A DNA stretch of 64,000 bases from Candidatus Sericytochromatia bacterium (GCA_035286125.1 JAYKIS010000082.1:1253-65252); one strand, 5' to 3'; positions 27,996 to 38,050 are shown, counted from the stretch's first letter. Numbers and translations: made by a program. Notes: generated by a model not told the origin, from the letters alone.

Positions 27996-29320
27996 CGGGC
28001 GCTTCGGCGCCACTTCCCGATACGCCGCTGCTGACCGCCGTTCTCGAGGCGGCACGATCGCCGGGTCTCCGGCTGCAGACCCCCGTGCATCAGGGGCACC
28101 CGGCGTGGCGCGAGCGCTGGCCCGACTGGGCCTCGGCCGATGTAACGGAAAATGAGGCGACCGACGACCTTGGCTGGCCCGAGGGGCCCCTGCAGGAGGC
28201 GCGTCTGGCTTTGGCCCGGCACTTCGGTGCCCGAGCCAGCTGGTTCAGTGTCGGGGGGGCCACCTTGGCCCAGCAGGCCGCCTTCTGGGCCCTGGCCATC
28301 ACGCTGGCACGGCGTGGCAGGCCCCCCGCCGTGCTCGTGGACCAGAATGCCCACGTTTCGGTCCTGAGGGCCATGGCACTTGCCGGCCTGGAACCTGTCT
28401 GGTTCGGGGGGGCTTGGGATGCGGACTGGGGTGTCAGGCATCCACCCACACCTGAGGACCTGAAGCGGTTGCTGGATGCGCACCCGGACACAGGGGCGGT
28501 GCACCTGACGGCACCCACCTACTTCGGTGAGGATGCCGACCTTGCGGGTGTGCGCGCCATGCTCGGGGATGTCCTGATGGTCGTGGATGAGGCCCATGGT
28601 GCGCATCGTCCGTCGGCCCTCGCGGCCGGTGCCGACCTGGTGGTCCATTCCGCGCACAAGGGCCTGGGGGGGCCGACGCAGGGCGGCTATCTGCACCTCG
28701 GAGGCGTGGTCATCGACGAGGCGACGGTGGACCGTGCCATGCGCTTGCTCCAGACCACCAGCCCGAGTTGGCCCTTGCTGGCGGCACTGGACGCCACGCG
28801 TTCGGCGGCAAGCCGTCAGGACGCGAGCCGGATGGCAACGGATGACTGGCTCGCAGGACTTCGGCTTCGGCCGACCCCGGACCCCGTCCGGCGTCTGGTA
28901 GCCTTTCCGGATGGCGCGGCTGCCTATGCGGCCCTGCGTACGGCCGGGCATTGGCCCGAGGCTGCATTGCCGCGGGGTGTCCTGCTGCTGGTCGGTGGTG
29001 TTGGAGAGGTTCGGGACGACCTGCTTGAAGTGGCAAGATGCCTGCACCTAGAGGCCGCGCGTCAGCGCGGACTGCCCCGCTTGCCCGTGCCCGAGCCGCC
29101 GGTGCTCGGCAAGGCGTTGCTGGGGCTGCGGGAGGCATCCCTTGCGCCGGCCGTGACCGTGAACGTGCGCGACGCCGTCGGGCGTGTCGCGGTCGAGCCG
29201 GTCTGTCCCTATCCGCCCGGGGTCGCCGTGGTGGTACCGGGACACCTTGTCTCGGAGGACCAGTTGGCATTCCTCGAGTTGCATGGGGCCCTTCCGGAAC
29301 GCCTGCAGGTGCTGCCTTGA
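27992..29320 (+). CDS. Orn/Lys/Arg decarboxylase family PLP enzyme (YaaO-like)
   Basis: VDEAHGAH, HSAHK, QTTSPSWPLLAALD and PYPPG motifs. Confidence 0.85.
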   Translation: MTGASAPLPDTPLLTAVLEAARSPGLRLQTPVHQGHPAWRERWPDWASADVTENEATDDLGWPEGPLQEARLALARHFGARASWFSVGGATLAQQAAFWALAITLARRGRPPAVLVDQNAHVSVLRAMALAGLEPVWFGGAWDADWGVRHPPTPEDLKRLLDAHPDTGAVHLTAPTYFGEDADLAGVRAMLGDVLMVVDEAHGAHRPSALAAGADLVVHSAHKGLGGPTQGGYLHLGGVVIDEATVDRAMRLLQTTSPSWPLLAALDATRSAASRQDASRMATDDWLAGLRLRPTPDPVRRLVAFPDGAAAYAALRTAGHWPEAALPRGVLLLVGGVGEVRDDLLEVARCLHLEAARQRGLPRLPVPEPPVLGKALLGLREASLAPAVTVNVRDAVGRVAVEPVCPYPPGVAVVVPGHLVSEDQLAFLELHGALPERLQVLP

Positions 29321-30252
29321 ATTGGCGGGCGTGGTGCGCGATGGCCCTCCAGGTCCTGATCGCCGGCGCGACCTTTCATGTCGCGCGGCACGGTCTGCAG
29401 GTCTTCGAACCCCTGCACTTCATCCATTGGCGGGTGCAGGGCGTGGCCTTGCTCTTTGCCGTGATGCTGCTGATTCTCGGGCGGCCCTTGCTGCCTCCCC
29501 GGGAGGCCCGTTGGCCATTGCTGCGGCTGGGCATGCTGGGGGGACCCTGCAACCAGGTGTTGTTCTTCGTGGGTTTGGCACGGACGACACCCACCCACGC
29601 GGCGCTCATCTACGCCCTGACACCGGCCACGATCCTGTTGTGGTCTTGGCTGGCCCGCGAGGACCGCCCTCGGCCGGGTGAGGTAATTGCGCTGGGGTTG
29701 GCATTCTCAGGAGTGTTGATCCTGTTGGCGCCCGGATTGTCAGGTGCCGGGCAGGAGGCCAGCCTGACGGGGGACTTGCTCGTCGTCGGGGGCATGCTTT
29801 GCTGGGCGGCATATTCTCGCGGGATGCAGCGCTGGACCGGAACGCTCGGCGCGGTGCCCGCCACCGCCTGGGCGTGGTTGCTGGCAGCGGCAGCTACCGT
29901 CTGCCTCTGGCCTTGGCTGGGGACTGGACTTGCCGTCGGGGCACCCGGATTGAGCCATTGGATCAGCTTCGGCTACGTGCTCGTCCTGACCAGTTTCGTC
30001 GCCTACATGCTCTACGGCTTTGGGCTCGAGCGTCTGGGACCGGCGCGGACAGCCATCTTCCTGAACGGACAACCCGTCGTCGCGATGGTGATCGGCCTCG
30101 CGCTCGGTCACCGCGATGTGGGGCTTCGGGCCCTGATCGCGACGGCCCTGGTGGTCGGGGGCGTGGTGCTGATGCAGCGTCAGCGGGGGCGCAGCTTGCC
30201 CACGGCAGCCCGCGCCGCTTCGGCGACGCCGGGATCGTCGTCGTTGGCATAG
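29317..30252 (+). CDS. DMT/EamA family transporter
   Basis: About 10 hydrophobic segments in two EamA repeats. Start is TTG 29317 or ATG 29341. Confidence 0.85.
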   Translation: MNWRAWCAMALQVLIAGATFHVARHGLQVFEPLHFIHWRVQGVALLFAVMLLILGRPLLPPREARWPLLRLGMLGGPCNQVLFFVGLARTTPTHAALIYALTPATILLWSWLAREDRPRPGEVIALGLAFSGVLILLAPGLSGAGQEASLTGDLLVVGGMLCWAAYSRGMQRWTGTLGAVPATAWAWLLAAAATVCLWPWLGTGLAVGAPGLSHWISFGYVLVLTSFVAYMLYGFGLERLGPARTAIFLNGQPVVAMVIGLALGHRDVGLRALIATALVVGGVVLMQRQRGRSLPTAARAASATPGSSSLA

Positions 30253-31772
30253 GGCGATATCTTCGGGAGGCAACCGGCGTCGCCGACCTCGGCCAAGGAC
30301 ATCAGCGCCGCTCGCCGGACCGGTGGCTTGGCATCATCAAGCAGGGCCAGCAGGCCATCCCGGCCTGCGTTGACCCGCAAGACGCCAATGAGCTCCGCGG
30401 CGATGCGACGCATGAGCCAGTCTTCATCCCGAAGCAGGCCCACCAGGGGCATCTGCAGCTCGGGCCCCAATTTGGTCAGAATGACACCGACGGCGTGGGT
30501 CGTAGCGCCTTTGCGGTCACGCAGGGCAAGGTAGATGCGCCCGGGCAGGTCCTCGACCTCGGCTCCGGCTGCCCAGGCCTTGAGCACCTGGGGCCGACGC
30601 GCCGGCTTTTCCCAGAATGCGACCTCCAGGTCCAACTGCTCGCGATCGGTTTCGTCGAGTGTCTCGACCCGCTTGTCCGCACGGCGCGCGCCATCGTCGA
30701 CGCCCACCATACCCAGCAGGCGGCCGGCAAGACCGACCTTCCCTTCCAGGGCATCCAGCGTCTTGGCCGCAGCACCACGTACTGGGTCGGCCTCGGACAG
30801 CAGCCACGGACGAACCCACGGCAGGGTCTCCGGATTGGCCATGATTTGCCAGGCATTGAGGACCGCGGTGCGCATGGCCGTGTCACCTTCTCTAAGGAAA
30901 GGCAGCAGGGCAGGCGCGATGGCAGCCTTCTCCTTGACGGCCAGCGCTGCGAGGCGTTCAGCCGGCGGGGGAGCCGGCTTGCCTGCCTTGGGACGATCCC
31001 CCAGGTACAGCTGGCGCAGGGCATGGAGATGGTCCTGATCGTCTGGCGCGAGGCCCACGAGAGCGCGGAGGGCCCCGACACGCACACTGCGGTACAGGCC
31101 ATGGACGAGCAAGTGGCGCAGGCGCGGGACGTGACGCGCCGCTTCGTCGAGCGGCACGGTGGTCAACATGTCCAGGCCCTTCTGGATTTCCAGAGGATCG
31201 ATGCTGGCCAGGAGTGGCGCGGGATCCGTCGTCGTCGGGCCTTCCTGGTCGGCGGCCCGGTCAGACACCAGGCCGAGGTCGCCCTCGATGTGACCGCGCA
31301 GTTCCGATTCCTCGAAGGGAATCGCGAGGGCCTGCTGCAGGAATTTCCGGGCGACGCCGAACTTGCCGGCCTGGTAGGCGTTGCGTGCCTGCAGGTGAAG
31401 GGTCGTGGCCTGCAGACCGCGCAACAGATCGTTCTCGCCGAAGTCCTTTTCGAGGTTCTTCAACTGGTCCCAGGCGCCCTTCATGTTGCCTTCGGCCAAT
31501 GCGGCAAGCACGCTTGGCAGCAGGCCAAGCAGGGCACGGTCACGCTCGTAAGCCAGCTCCTCGTCGTAGGCGACGCGGCGCTGGGCGTCCTTCAAGGTCT
31601 CATATGCCTCGTTGATGATCTTGAGCTTCGAGGCCGCCACTTCGGGATCGAGCGTGGTGATGTCGGGATGGTAGTACCGCGCCTGCTCGCGATAGGCGGC
31701 GCGGATCTGTTCGTCCGAGGCCCCCATTCGGATCTGGAGGATGTCGTAGTACGAATAGGGGAGCTGGCTCAT
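30180..31772 (-). CDS. J-domain (DnaJ-type) protein with TPR-like and HEAT repeats
   Basis: YYDILQI..IRAAYR..YHPD..INEAYETLKD J-domain. C-terminal HEAT/PBS-lyase repeats (LLRDEDWLMRRIAAELIG, LLDDAKPPVRRAA). Confidence 0.85.
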   Translation of the reverse strand: MSQLPYSYYDILQIRMGASDEQIRAAYREQARYYHPDITTLDPEVAASKLKIINEAYETLKDAQRRVAYDEELAYERDRALLGLLPSVLAALAEGNMKGAWDQLKNLEKDFGENDLLRGLQATTLHLQARNAYQAGKFGVARKFLQQALAIPFEESELRGHIEGDLGLVSDRAADQEGPTTTDPAPLLASIDPLEIQKGLDMLTTVPLDEAARHVPRLRHLLVHGLYRSVRVGALRALVGLAPDDQDHLHALRQLYLGDRPKAGKPAPPPAERLAALAVKEKAAIAPALLPFLREGDTAMRTAVLNAWQIMANPETLPWVRPWLLSEADPVRGAAAKTLDALEGKVGLAGRLLGMVGVDDGARRADKRVETLDETDREQLDLEVAFWEKPARRPQVLKAWAAGAEVEDLPGRIYLALRDRKGATTHAVGVILTKLGPELQMPLVGLLRDEDWLMRRIAAELIGVLRVNAGRDGLLALLDDAKPPVRRAALMSLAEVGDAGCLPKISPYANDDDPGVAEAARAAVGKLRPR

Positions 31773-32572
31773 GCGTCGCCCTCGACGGGCGCGCCGGCCG
31801 TCAACTGGGCGAACAGCGACTGCTTGCCCTCAGTCAACTGTGCGGCGGCCTGCAACTCTTCCTGGAAGGCGCGCAGCAGGCCTTCCTCGACCTCGAGCAT
31901 GCAACAGCCAATCAGCAGATCCGTCAGGTCCTCGGTCTGATCGAGGAAGAGGTGCTTGCCCAGCGTTGACTTGGCCATCTGGGAGAAGGCCTTGCGCGTG
32001 TCCTTCTTGCGGCCGCACTGCACGGCATAGACGCGTATGGACTTGTGTGCAAGGGCCTTGGTCTCGACCTCCCAGTCCCGCCGCATCGTGCAGACGCTCT
32101 TGGCATCGCTGATCCCGTGGGGAGGGGCATCGCCGATGAGGACGACGGCCCGTGCGGCATTGAAGCGCCAATCAAGGCGGTTGGCCTCCCACAGGGCATC
32201 TTCGACGGCCTCGGGTTCGTCCCCGCCGTGGGTTCCCTCGACGGTCTGAACCCACTGGGCAATGCGGTCCCATTGGTCGGTAAGGGGGTGGACCTTGGTG
32301 AGGTAGGTACGGCCGGCATCGTGATGATCACCGAAGGCGATGACGCCGAGGCGCACGCCCTCGAGCCTGTCGGCCAGCAACTCGGTCAGGCGGCTGAGTT
32401 CGGCACGGACCCGCTCCAGATTGCGATACATCGAGTCCGTCGTGTCGAAGACGAACACGACGTCGAGGGGCTTGATGTCCATGGGGATCTCGAGGCCCGC
32501 GCCGGCACAGGCGCGGACGAGATACCGGTTCATGTAGCCGCCGGGCAGCGAAAAGGAGTCGAGGAAGCTCAT
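31769..32572 (-). CDS. von Willebrand factor A domain protein
   Basis: LDVVFVFDTTDSM (MIDAS variant), GGDEPEAV and LIGDAPPHG motifs. ATGA-coupled to the J-domain gene. Start uncertain. Confidence 0.85.
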   Translation of the reverse strand: MSFLDSFSLPGGYMNRYLVRACAGAGLEIPMDIKPLDVVFVFDTTDSMYRNLERVRAELSRLTELLADRLEGVRLGVIAFGDHHDAGRTYLTKVHPLTDQWDRIAQWVQTVEGTHGGDEPEAVEDALWEANRLDWRFNAARAVVLIGDAPPHGISDAKSVCTMRRDWEVETKALAHKSIRVYAVQCGRKKDTRKAFSQMAKSTLGKHLFLDQTEDLTDLLIGCCMLEVEEGLLRAFQEELQAAAQLTEGKQSLFAQLTAGAPVEGDA

Positions 32573-32700
32573 CCCCGTATCCTGTACCACGTCGTCCGGC
32601 TGTTCAAAGGTGCCCGTCCGATGCGGCGCGGGGCGGGCAAAATCCCCCGGATCGGGCTAGAATGGCCCCACGAAGCACACGAAGGAGTGGATGCTGCACC

Positions 32701-35700
32701 ATGGAAGCCACGCGTGAATCCCTTTCCCGACGGGTCGGCGCGTCCCTGAAGGGCGATCTCGAGGCCAGGCTCGCAGGCCTTACGGACTGGTTCTACCAGT
32801 CGATGCCGGACTTCTATTTCGAGTTCACCCCGGAACTCGAGCAGGCCCGTCACCTGCAGACCATCCTGATGGGCCAGGTCTTCGAGAATCGCCAATCGGC
32901 GATGGTGCGCAGTGCCGACGGTGCGCGCCTCGTATGCCTCGGGCCCGCCGACGATCCCGATACCCTGCTCAACATCCTGCGCCAGGTCGGCAAGGCCCTG
33001 ATTGCCTCGGCAGAGGTCTACAGCAGCCGTGACGGCCGGCTCATGCTGGCCGTCTTCCAACTGACGCCGGATGTCGCGGTCCAGTTGGCCTCGCCCGACG
33101 TCGCCCCCAAGCTCGAGGCTGCCGGCGCGGCCCTGGCCGGCGTCATTCCCCAGCCCGACCTCGACCGCTACTTCGCTCATCTCGCCCACGACTACGTGTT
33201 GCGTTCGTCCGTGGACCGCATCGTGCGCCACGCGACCATCTTCCATCAGACGCACGCCCTCGAGGGGACGCATGTCGGCCTCAACCGCGAGGCCTACGCT
33301 GACGTGGATCGCCTCGACATCGCCGTCAGTCACGTCCGTGCCGTTCCCTACATGCATCAGCTGGTCCGCTTGCTGCGCCGCTTCGGCATCGGGGTGGCCC
33401 GCGGCTTCCTGAACATTCTCGACGACGGGGCCCACGAGAAGCTCGCGATGATGACGCTCTACATCGTCGAGGGGGAGGGCGGCGGCAAGCCAGCCCTCGA
33501 TGACACCCGCTGGCTGTCCATCCAGAAAGCGATCCACACCCTGAAGTGGGTCGAGGAAGACGACCTGTCCGTCATGAACGACGAGAACGGTCTGACGCTC
33601 AACGAGACCAATTTCCTGCGGGCGGCGACGGAATACGCCCACATATTCCTGTCCAAGGTCAATCTCTATTACTACACCGTCCCCAAGATCAAGTGGACGA
33701 TGTTGTCGCATCGTCCGATGGCGCTCGAACTGATCAAGGCCTTCAAGGCCCGCTTCGACCCGCGCCTGGTAGACGGGCGTTCGACCCGCATCGAGGAGGC
33801 CGATGCCCAGTTGGCCGCTTCCATCGACAAGGTTCCCGATGAGGTCGAGAAGCGCATCTGGCAGGAACTGGCCCGTTTCGTGGCCCACATCCTGAAGACC
33901 AACTACTTCATCCTCGAGAAGACGGGCCTTGCCTTCCGCATGGATCCGCAGGTTCTGGACCCGCAGCACTACCCCGAGCGTCCCTTCGGGTTCTTCTTCT
34001 TTTACGGCAAGGACTATCGTGGCTTCCATGTCCGCTGGAAGGACATGGCGCGTGGGGGCATGAGGCTCGTCATCCCGCGTTCCCCCGAGGCTTACGACCG
34101 CGAGAACGACCGCCTGTTCGACGAGGTCAAGAGCTTGTCATGGGCGCAGCAACTCAAGAACAAGGACATTCCCGAGGGGGGCGCCAAGGGCGTGCTGCTG
34201 CTCAAGCCCGGGAGCGTGCCCGAGATCGCCGTGCGTGGCGCGGTCGACTCGCTGCTTGACTTGCTTGTCACGGATGCCGAGGGCAACTTGCCCTCCGAGG
34301 TCGTCGATCGCTACGGCCAACGCGAGTACCTCTACCTGGGACCCGACGAGAACATCACCAACGAGATGATCACGTGGATTGTCGACCAGGCGAGGACCAA
34401 AGGCTATCGCTATCCGGATGCCTTCATGTCCTCAAAGCCCGGCACCGGCATCAACCACAAGGAGTTCGGCGTCACCAGCGAAGGCGTCCACGTCTACCTC
34501 GAGCACGGTCTGCGCTATATGGGCATCGACCCTGCCAAGGACACCTTCTCGGTCAAGATCACGGGCGGACCGGATGGTGACGTTGCCGGCAACATCATCA
34601 AGATCCTGGCGCGTGACCACGGGACGCGTGCCCGCATTGTCGCCGTTGCCGACGGCTACGGTTGTGCCGTCGACCCGCGGGGACTCGATCAGGCCGAGTT
34701 GGGCCGATTGGTCCGCGAGGGCCTGTCCATCGTGCACTTCGATGCCGGCCGACTCTCGGATGACCCGGGCGCATTCCTGCGCAGGGCCGACGACGAGGAA
34801 GGCATCGCGCTGCGCAATGACCTCCATAACCGGGTCGATGCCGATGTCTTCATTCCGGCCGGCGGCCGTCCCGAGACCATCAAGGGCAGCAACTTGACGC
34901 GTTTCCTGAAGGCCGACGGCACGCCCAGCGCCCGGCTCATCGTCGAAGGCGCCAACATCTTCCTGACCGAGGATGCGCGCCTTGGTCTCGAGCAGAAGGG
35001 TGTCGTCATCATCAAGGACTCCTCGGCCAACAAGGCGGGCGTCATCTGCTCGTCCTTCGAGATCCTGGCGGCATTGGCCATCGGGGCCGAACGCTTCACC
35101 GACATCCGTGGGGACTACATCCCCGAGGTCATCGGCATGTTGCGCAAGAAGGCCGCTCAGGAAGCCAATCTGCTGTTCCGCGAGTGGGACGCCTGCGGGC
35201 GGACCCGTCCGCTTTCCAAGCTTTCCTACGAAATCAGCCGGGTCATCAACCAGTTGGCCGGTGTTCTCGAGGAGGGCCTGTCGGAGCTGGGCGATCCCTT
35301 GCCGGAGCAGTATCGCAAGATGGTGCTGGACTACTGTCCGCCATCCCTCGGCCGTCAGTTTCCTGCCGATGTGCTCCAGAACGTGCCGCAGCGCCACCAG
35401 CGTGCCTTGTTGGCCAAGCACCTGGCCAGTACAGTCGTCTACCGCGAGGGCCTGGGCTGGATGGACGAGATGGCTTCGGAGCCCGGCCAGGTGTTCCGGG
35501 TGGTCCAGACGTACCTCGAGCAGACGGGCGTGGCCGAGCGCTTCATCGCTGAAGTCATGGCCTCGGACCTGCCGGGTCGCGAGGACATTGTCCAGATCCT
35601 TGATTCGGCAGGCCGTCGGGAACTGACCCGCCTCGCGCTCCGGCGAGGGCGGACCGAGGAGCGTCACGTCACCGAGGAGCCCTCACCGGCTGGGATTCGC

Positions 35701-35703
35701 TAA
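32701..35703 (+). CDS. Large NAD-specific glutamate dehydrogenase (~110 kDa type)
   Basis: ARGGMRL, KNKDIPEGGAKG, GPDEN, GGPDGDVAGN, EGANIF and KDSSANKAGVICSS motifs. Confidence 0.9.
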   Translation: MEATRESLSRRVGASLKGDLEARLAGLTDWFYQSMPDFYFEFTPELEQARHLQTILMGQVFENRQSAMVRSADGARLVCLGPADDPDTLLNILRQVGKALIASAEVYSSRDGRLMLAVFQLTPDVAVQLASPDVAPKLEAAGAALAGVIPQPDLDRYFAHLAHDYVLRSSVDRIVRHATIFHQTHALEGTHVGLNREAYADVDRLDIAVSHVRAVPYMHQLVRLLRRFGIGVARGFLNILDDGAHEKLAMMTLYIVEGEGGGKPALDDTRWLSIQKAIHTLKWVEEDDLSVMNDENGLTLNETNFLRAATEYAHIFLSKVNLYYYTVPKIKWTMLSHRPMALELIKAFKARFDPRLVDGRSTRIEEADAQLAASIDKVPDEVEKRIWQELARFVAHILKTNYFILEKTGLAFRMDPQVLDPQHYPERPFGFFFFYGKDYRGFHVRWKDMARGGMRLVIPRSPEAYDRENDRLFDEVKSLSWAQQLKNKDIPEGGAKGVLLLKPGSVPEIAVRGAVDSLLDLLVTDAEGNLPSEVVDRYGQREYLYLGPDENITNEMITWIVDQARTKGYRYPDAFMSSKPGTGINHKEFGVTSEGVHVYLEHGLRYMGIDPAKDTFSVKITGGPDGDVAGNIIKILARDHGTRARIVAVADGYGCAVDPRGLDQAELGRLVREGLSIVHFDAGRLSDDPGAFLRRADDEEGIALRNDLHNRVDADVFIPAGGRPETIKGSNLTRFLKADGTPSARLIVEGANIFLTEDARLGLEQKGVVIIKDSSANKAGVICSSFEILAALAIGAERFTDIRGDYIPEVIGMLRKKAAQEANLLFREWDACGRTRPLSKLSYEISRVINQLAGVLEEGLSELGDPLPEQYRKMVLDYCPPSLGRQFPADVLQNVPQRHQRALLAKHLASTVVYREGLGWMDEMASEPGQVFRVVQTYLEQTGVAERFIAEVMASDLPGREDIVQILDSAGRRELTRLALRRGRTEERHVTEEPSPAGIR

Positions 35704-35718
35704 GCGTCAAGCGTCGAC

Positions 35719-35755
35719 GGCCGGGGGCACGACAACCGTGCCCCCGGCCTTTTTC
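35719..35755 (+). terminator. Intrinsic terminator of the GDH gene
   Basis: 13-bp stem GGCCGGGGGCACG/CGTGCCCCCGGCC, 5-nt loop, followed by TTTTT. Confidence 0.85.
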
Positions 35756-35760
35756 TGATG

Positions 35761-35795
35761 CAAGAAGCCCCCGGCCAGGCAATCTGGCCGGGGGC
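35761..35795 (-). terminator. Intrinsic terminator of the convergent secreted-protein gene
   Basis: 12-bp stem GCCCCCGGCCAG/CTGGCCGGGGGC followed by TTCTT on the minus strand. Confidence 0.7.
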
Positions 35796-35810
35796 ACGTG
35801 CTGTCCTGGG

Positions 35811-37349
35811 CTACTTCGCCGCGTAGGCGGTGATGGCCTTGCCCGAGACGAGCTCGGCCTGCCAAGCGTAGCTCAGCTTGCCCTTCTCGGTGGTGACGGT
35901 CGTCGTTCCGAAGAGCCGCTTGCCGTCAAGCGCCGAGCGGACTTCGGTGGTGACCTTGGTACCGTCCGGCGAGGGCGCGGTCCACGTCATCCGATCGCCC
36001 TGACGGTCGCCCGCCACAGGCACCACGTTGAGCATGCCCTTGGCGGCCTTTTCAACGCCAATCGTCGGAATGGTCGCACCCATGACCTTGCCGCCGTCTG
36101 CCCGCAGCTTCAGGAAACCACCGACCGGTGCCGGGGCGCTGGGCTCCGCCATCCAGACGTACGTGGCATCCTCGGGTGCCGGTGCACCCAGGGCCCACCA
36201 GTCCCAGGTGCTGACCTTTGAGCGCTTGCCGTCGCTACCCTTGCGAACGGCGCCGCCGGGCACGCTGTAGTTGCCGGTACCGTCCTTGACTGCACGGACG
36301 TCAAGCCGCTCGAAGCCGGCAGCCGCGAGTGCCTGGACTTCGCCGGGCTCGGAGATACCGTTGCTGTTGGCATCGACCCAGACGCCCAGCTTGGCGAACT
36401 CGTCCGGGGTCAGTGCCCCGTCCTTGTTCTTGTCCAGCGTGGCGAGAGGCTGGTAGCCGTGCTTCCAGGTCTTGCCCCAGGTCACGTTGCCGAAGAGTTG
36501 CCGGCCCGAGGTGATCCGGCCCTTGCCGTTCTCGTCCCAGACCAGCAGGCCCGACTTGGGCCCGACCCATTCCCACTCGTGCGTGCCCTTGCCGTCGATG
36601 TCGAACGGGCGAACGGCCGCGGATGCAAGCTTGCGTCCCGCAATCTTGCCCCAGTGCCCCCCTGCCAGCAGATCGGGCTTGCCGGTGCCGGACAGGTCAA
36701 GGATGATCGGGCTGGACCAGACCGAAGAGCCCGCGAACTGCACGTTCAGGGACTTGGCGCCACCGCCGACGTAATTGACGGTCGTGGCGATGGGCGAACT
36801 CTTCGCCCCCCGATCGACCATGGCCTCCATGACGCCGCGGGCATCATAGCTGCTGCCGACAGCGTAGTGACCAACCAGACGCCCGGTGTCGGCATCGATG
36901 AGCGCGATGGCGCTCGACTGGTCTGCATTGTAGACGTGCTGGTTCAGGTAGTTGTACAGCGACCGGATGTCCGTACCGGCCACGACATTGCGGACAGTGT
37001 CCTGGTTGAAGTTGGCCCGAGTCTCGACGTTATCCGCCCGATCCCGGAGATTCTCTTCACCCGCGCCCCAGTTCAGACCACTGCCACCCTGCAGCTCCTG
37101 GTTGAGCCACGGCCCCTGGTAGGCCCTGTAGTAGGCAACGACGTTCAGGAACCGAATCTTGTTGTACAGGTAGCGGTCGTACGAGACATTGAAGCCCTCG
37201 ACGCCGTTGACCGTCGCCGGAGATCCCGAGGGATTGCCGACTTCCACCCTGTCCGCCGCGAGGACGGGAGTGGCGACCGTTGCGAGACCGATGGTGAAGC
37301 TGCCAGCCAATGTGAGCGCGCGACCCTTGGACCATGGAGTCATGGCCAT
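35811..37349 (-). CDS. Secreted protein with a FrpC-type self-processing-module-like Ca-binding domain
   Basis: AGGAGG SD and signal peptide (..PVLA). SPIILDL..FDIDG..GLLVWDENG..QLFG..KHGY..LDKNKDG..VWVDANSNGIS motifs. Confidence 0.75.
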   Translation of the reverse strand: MAMTPWSKGRALTLAGSFTIGLATVATPVLAADRVEVGNPSGSPATVNGVEGFNVSYDRYLYNKIRFLNVVAYYRAYQGPWLNQELQGGSGLNWGAGEENLRDRADNVETRANFNQDTVRNVVAGTDIRSLYNYLNQHVYNADQSSAIALIDADTGRLVGHYAVGSSYDARGVMEAMVDRGAKSSPIATTVNYVGGGAKSLNVQFAGSSVWSSPIILDLSGTGKPDLLAGGHWGKIAGRKLASAAVRPFDIDGKGTHEWEWVGPKSGLLVWDENGKGRITSGRQLFGNVTWGKTWKHGYQPLATLDKNKDGALTPDEFAKLGVWVDANSNGISEPGEVQALAAAGFERLDVRAVKDGTGNYSVPGGAVRKGSDGKRSKVSTWDWWALGAPAPEDATYVWMAEPSAPAPVGGFLKLRADGGKVMGATIPTIGVEKAAKGMLNVVPVAGDRQGDRMTWTAPSPDGTKVTTEVRSALDGKRLFGTTTVTTEKGKLSYAWQAELVSGKAITAYAAK

Positions 37350-37486
37350 ACCTCCTGTCGATGGGAACCCTGTTGAGTCGTGTAGAGGGAACATGGTGCC
37401 CGTACCCATGGGTGCCGTCGCCTTAAACACGGCAAGGCGCCCGGGACGTGCGGGCCGTGCTACGATCGGCGACCGGAGGACGACGC

Positions 37487-38050
37487 GTGCCCGAATTCAT
37501 CGCATGGCCCCTGTTGGCTGCCGCAACCGCAGCCACGCCATCCGTGGCCCCCATGGCCTCACCTTCCGAATGGGCGGGTGCCGAGCCCTGGGAGGCTGAC
37601 CTGCCCGAGGAAGATGCTCCCCACATCCTGCCCGTGACGGGAGCGCGCCTGTTCGCAGGTCTCGGTAATCCCGAGTTCGCCCACCTTGGCCTGGCCTACC
37701 GCTCGGGCAACATGGAGGGAGCCGTGTCGCTGGGCAGCCTGGGTACCGCCAACAGGGTCGACCTGCGCGCTCGCGGCTACCTGCTGCCGCACGTGGGCGC
37801 CATCTTCGCCGAGGCAGGCTATGGTTTCCTGCAACTGGCGAAGCTGTCGGATCAGACGCCGGCCGAGACGTTCCAGCAGCCGTATTTTGGCGTGGGCTGG
37901 CAATTCTTCGAGCGCCCCAGTCCCTGGGTCTTCGATCTCAGCCTTGGTCTCTCTCCCGGCGGTCCGGAAACCCTGGCGGCGGCACCCGGCATCATCAATG
38001 GCAGCCGGCTGCTGCCGCGCTTTGCGTTGGAGGTTGGGTATGCGTTCTAG
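37487..38050 (+). CDS. Small outer-membrane beta-barrel protein
   Basis: GGAGGA SD, signal-like N-terminus, amphipathic strands and a C-terminal beta-signal LEVGYAF. Confidence 0.65.
   Translation: MPEFIAWPLLAAATAATPSVAPMASPSEWAGAEPWEADLPEEDAPHILPVTGARLFAGLGNPEFAHLGLAYRSGNMEGAVSLGSLGTANRVDLRARGYLLPHVGAIFAEAGYGFLQLAKLSDQTPAETFQQPYFGVGWQFFERPSPWVFDLSLGLSPGGPETLAAAPGIINGSRLLPRFALEVGYAF

Noticed and set aside
29799-31940. 713-aa plus-strand ORF and many similar long antisense/shadow ORFs (e.g. 26235-28055, 13118-14689, 61799-63466)
   Set aside because: They lie opposite well-supported genes and have no motifs. High GC3 removes stops from the antisense frame.
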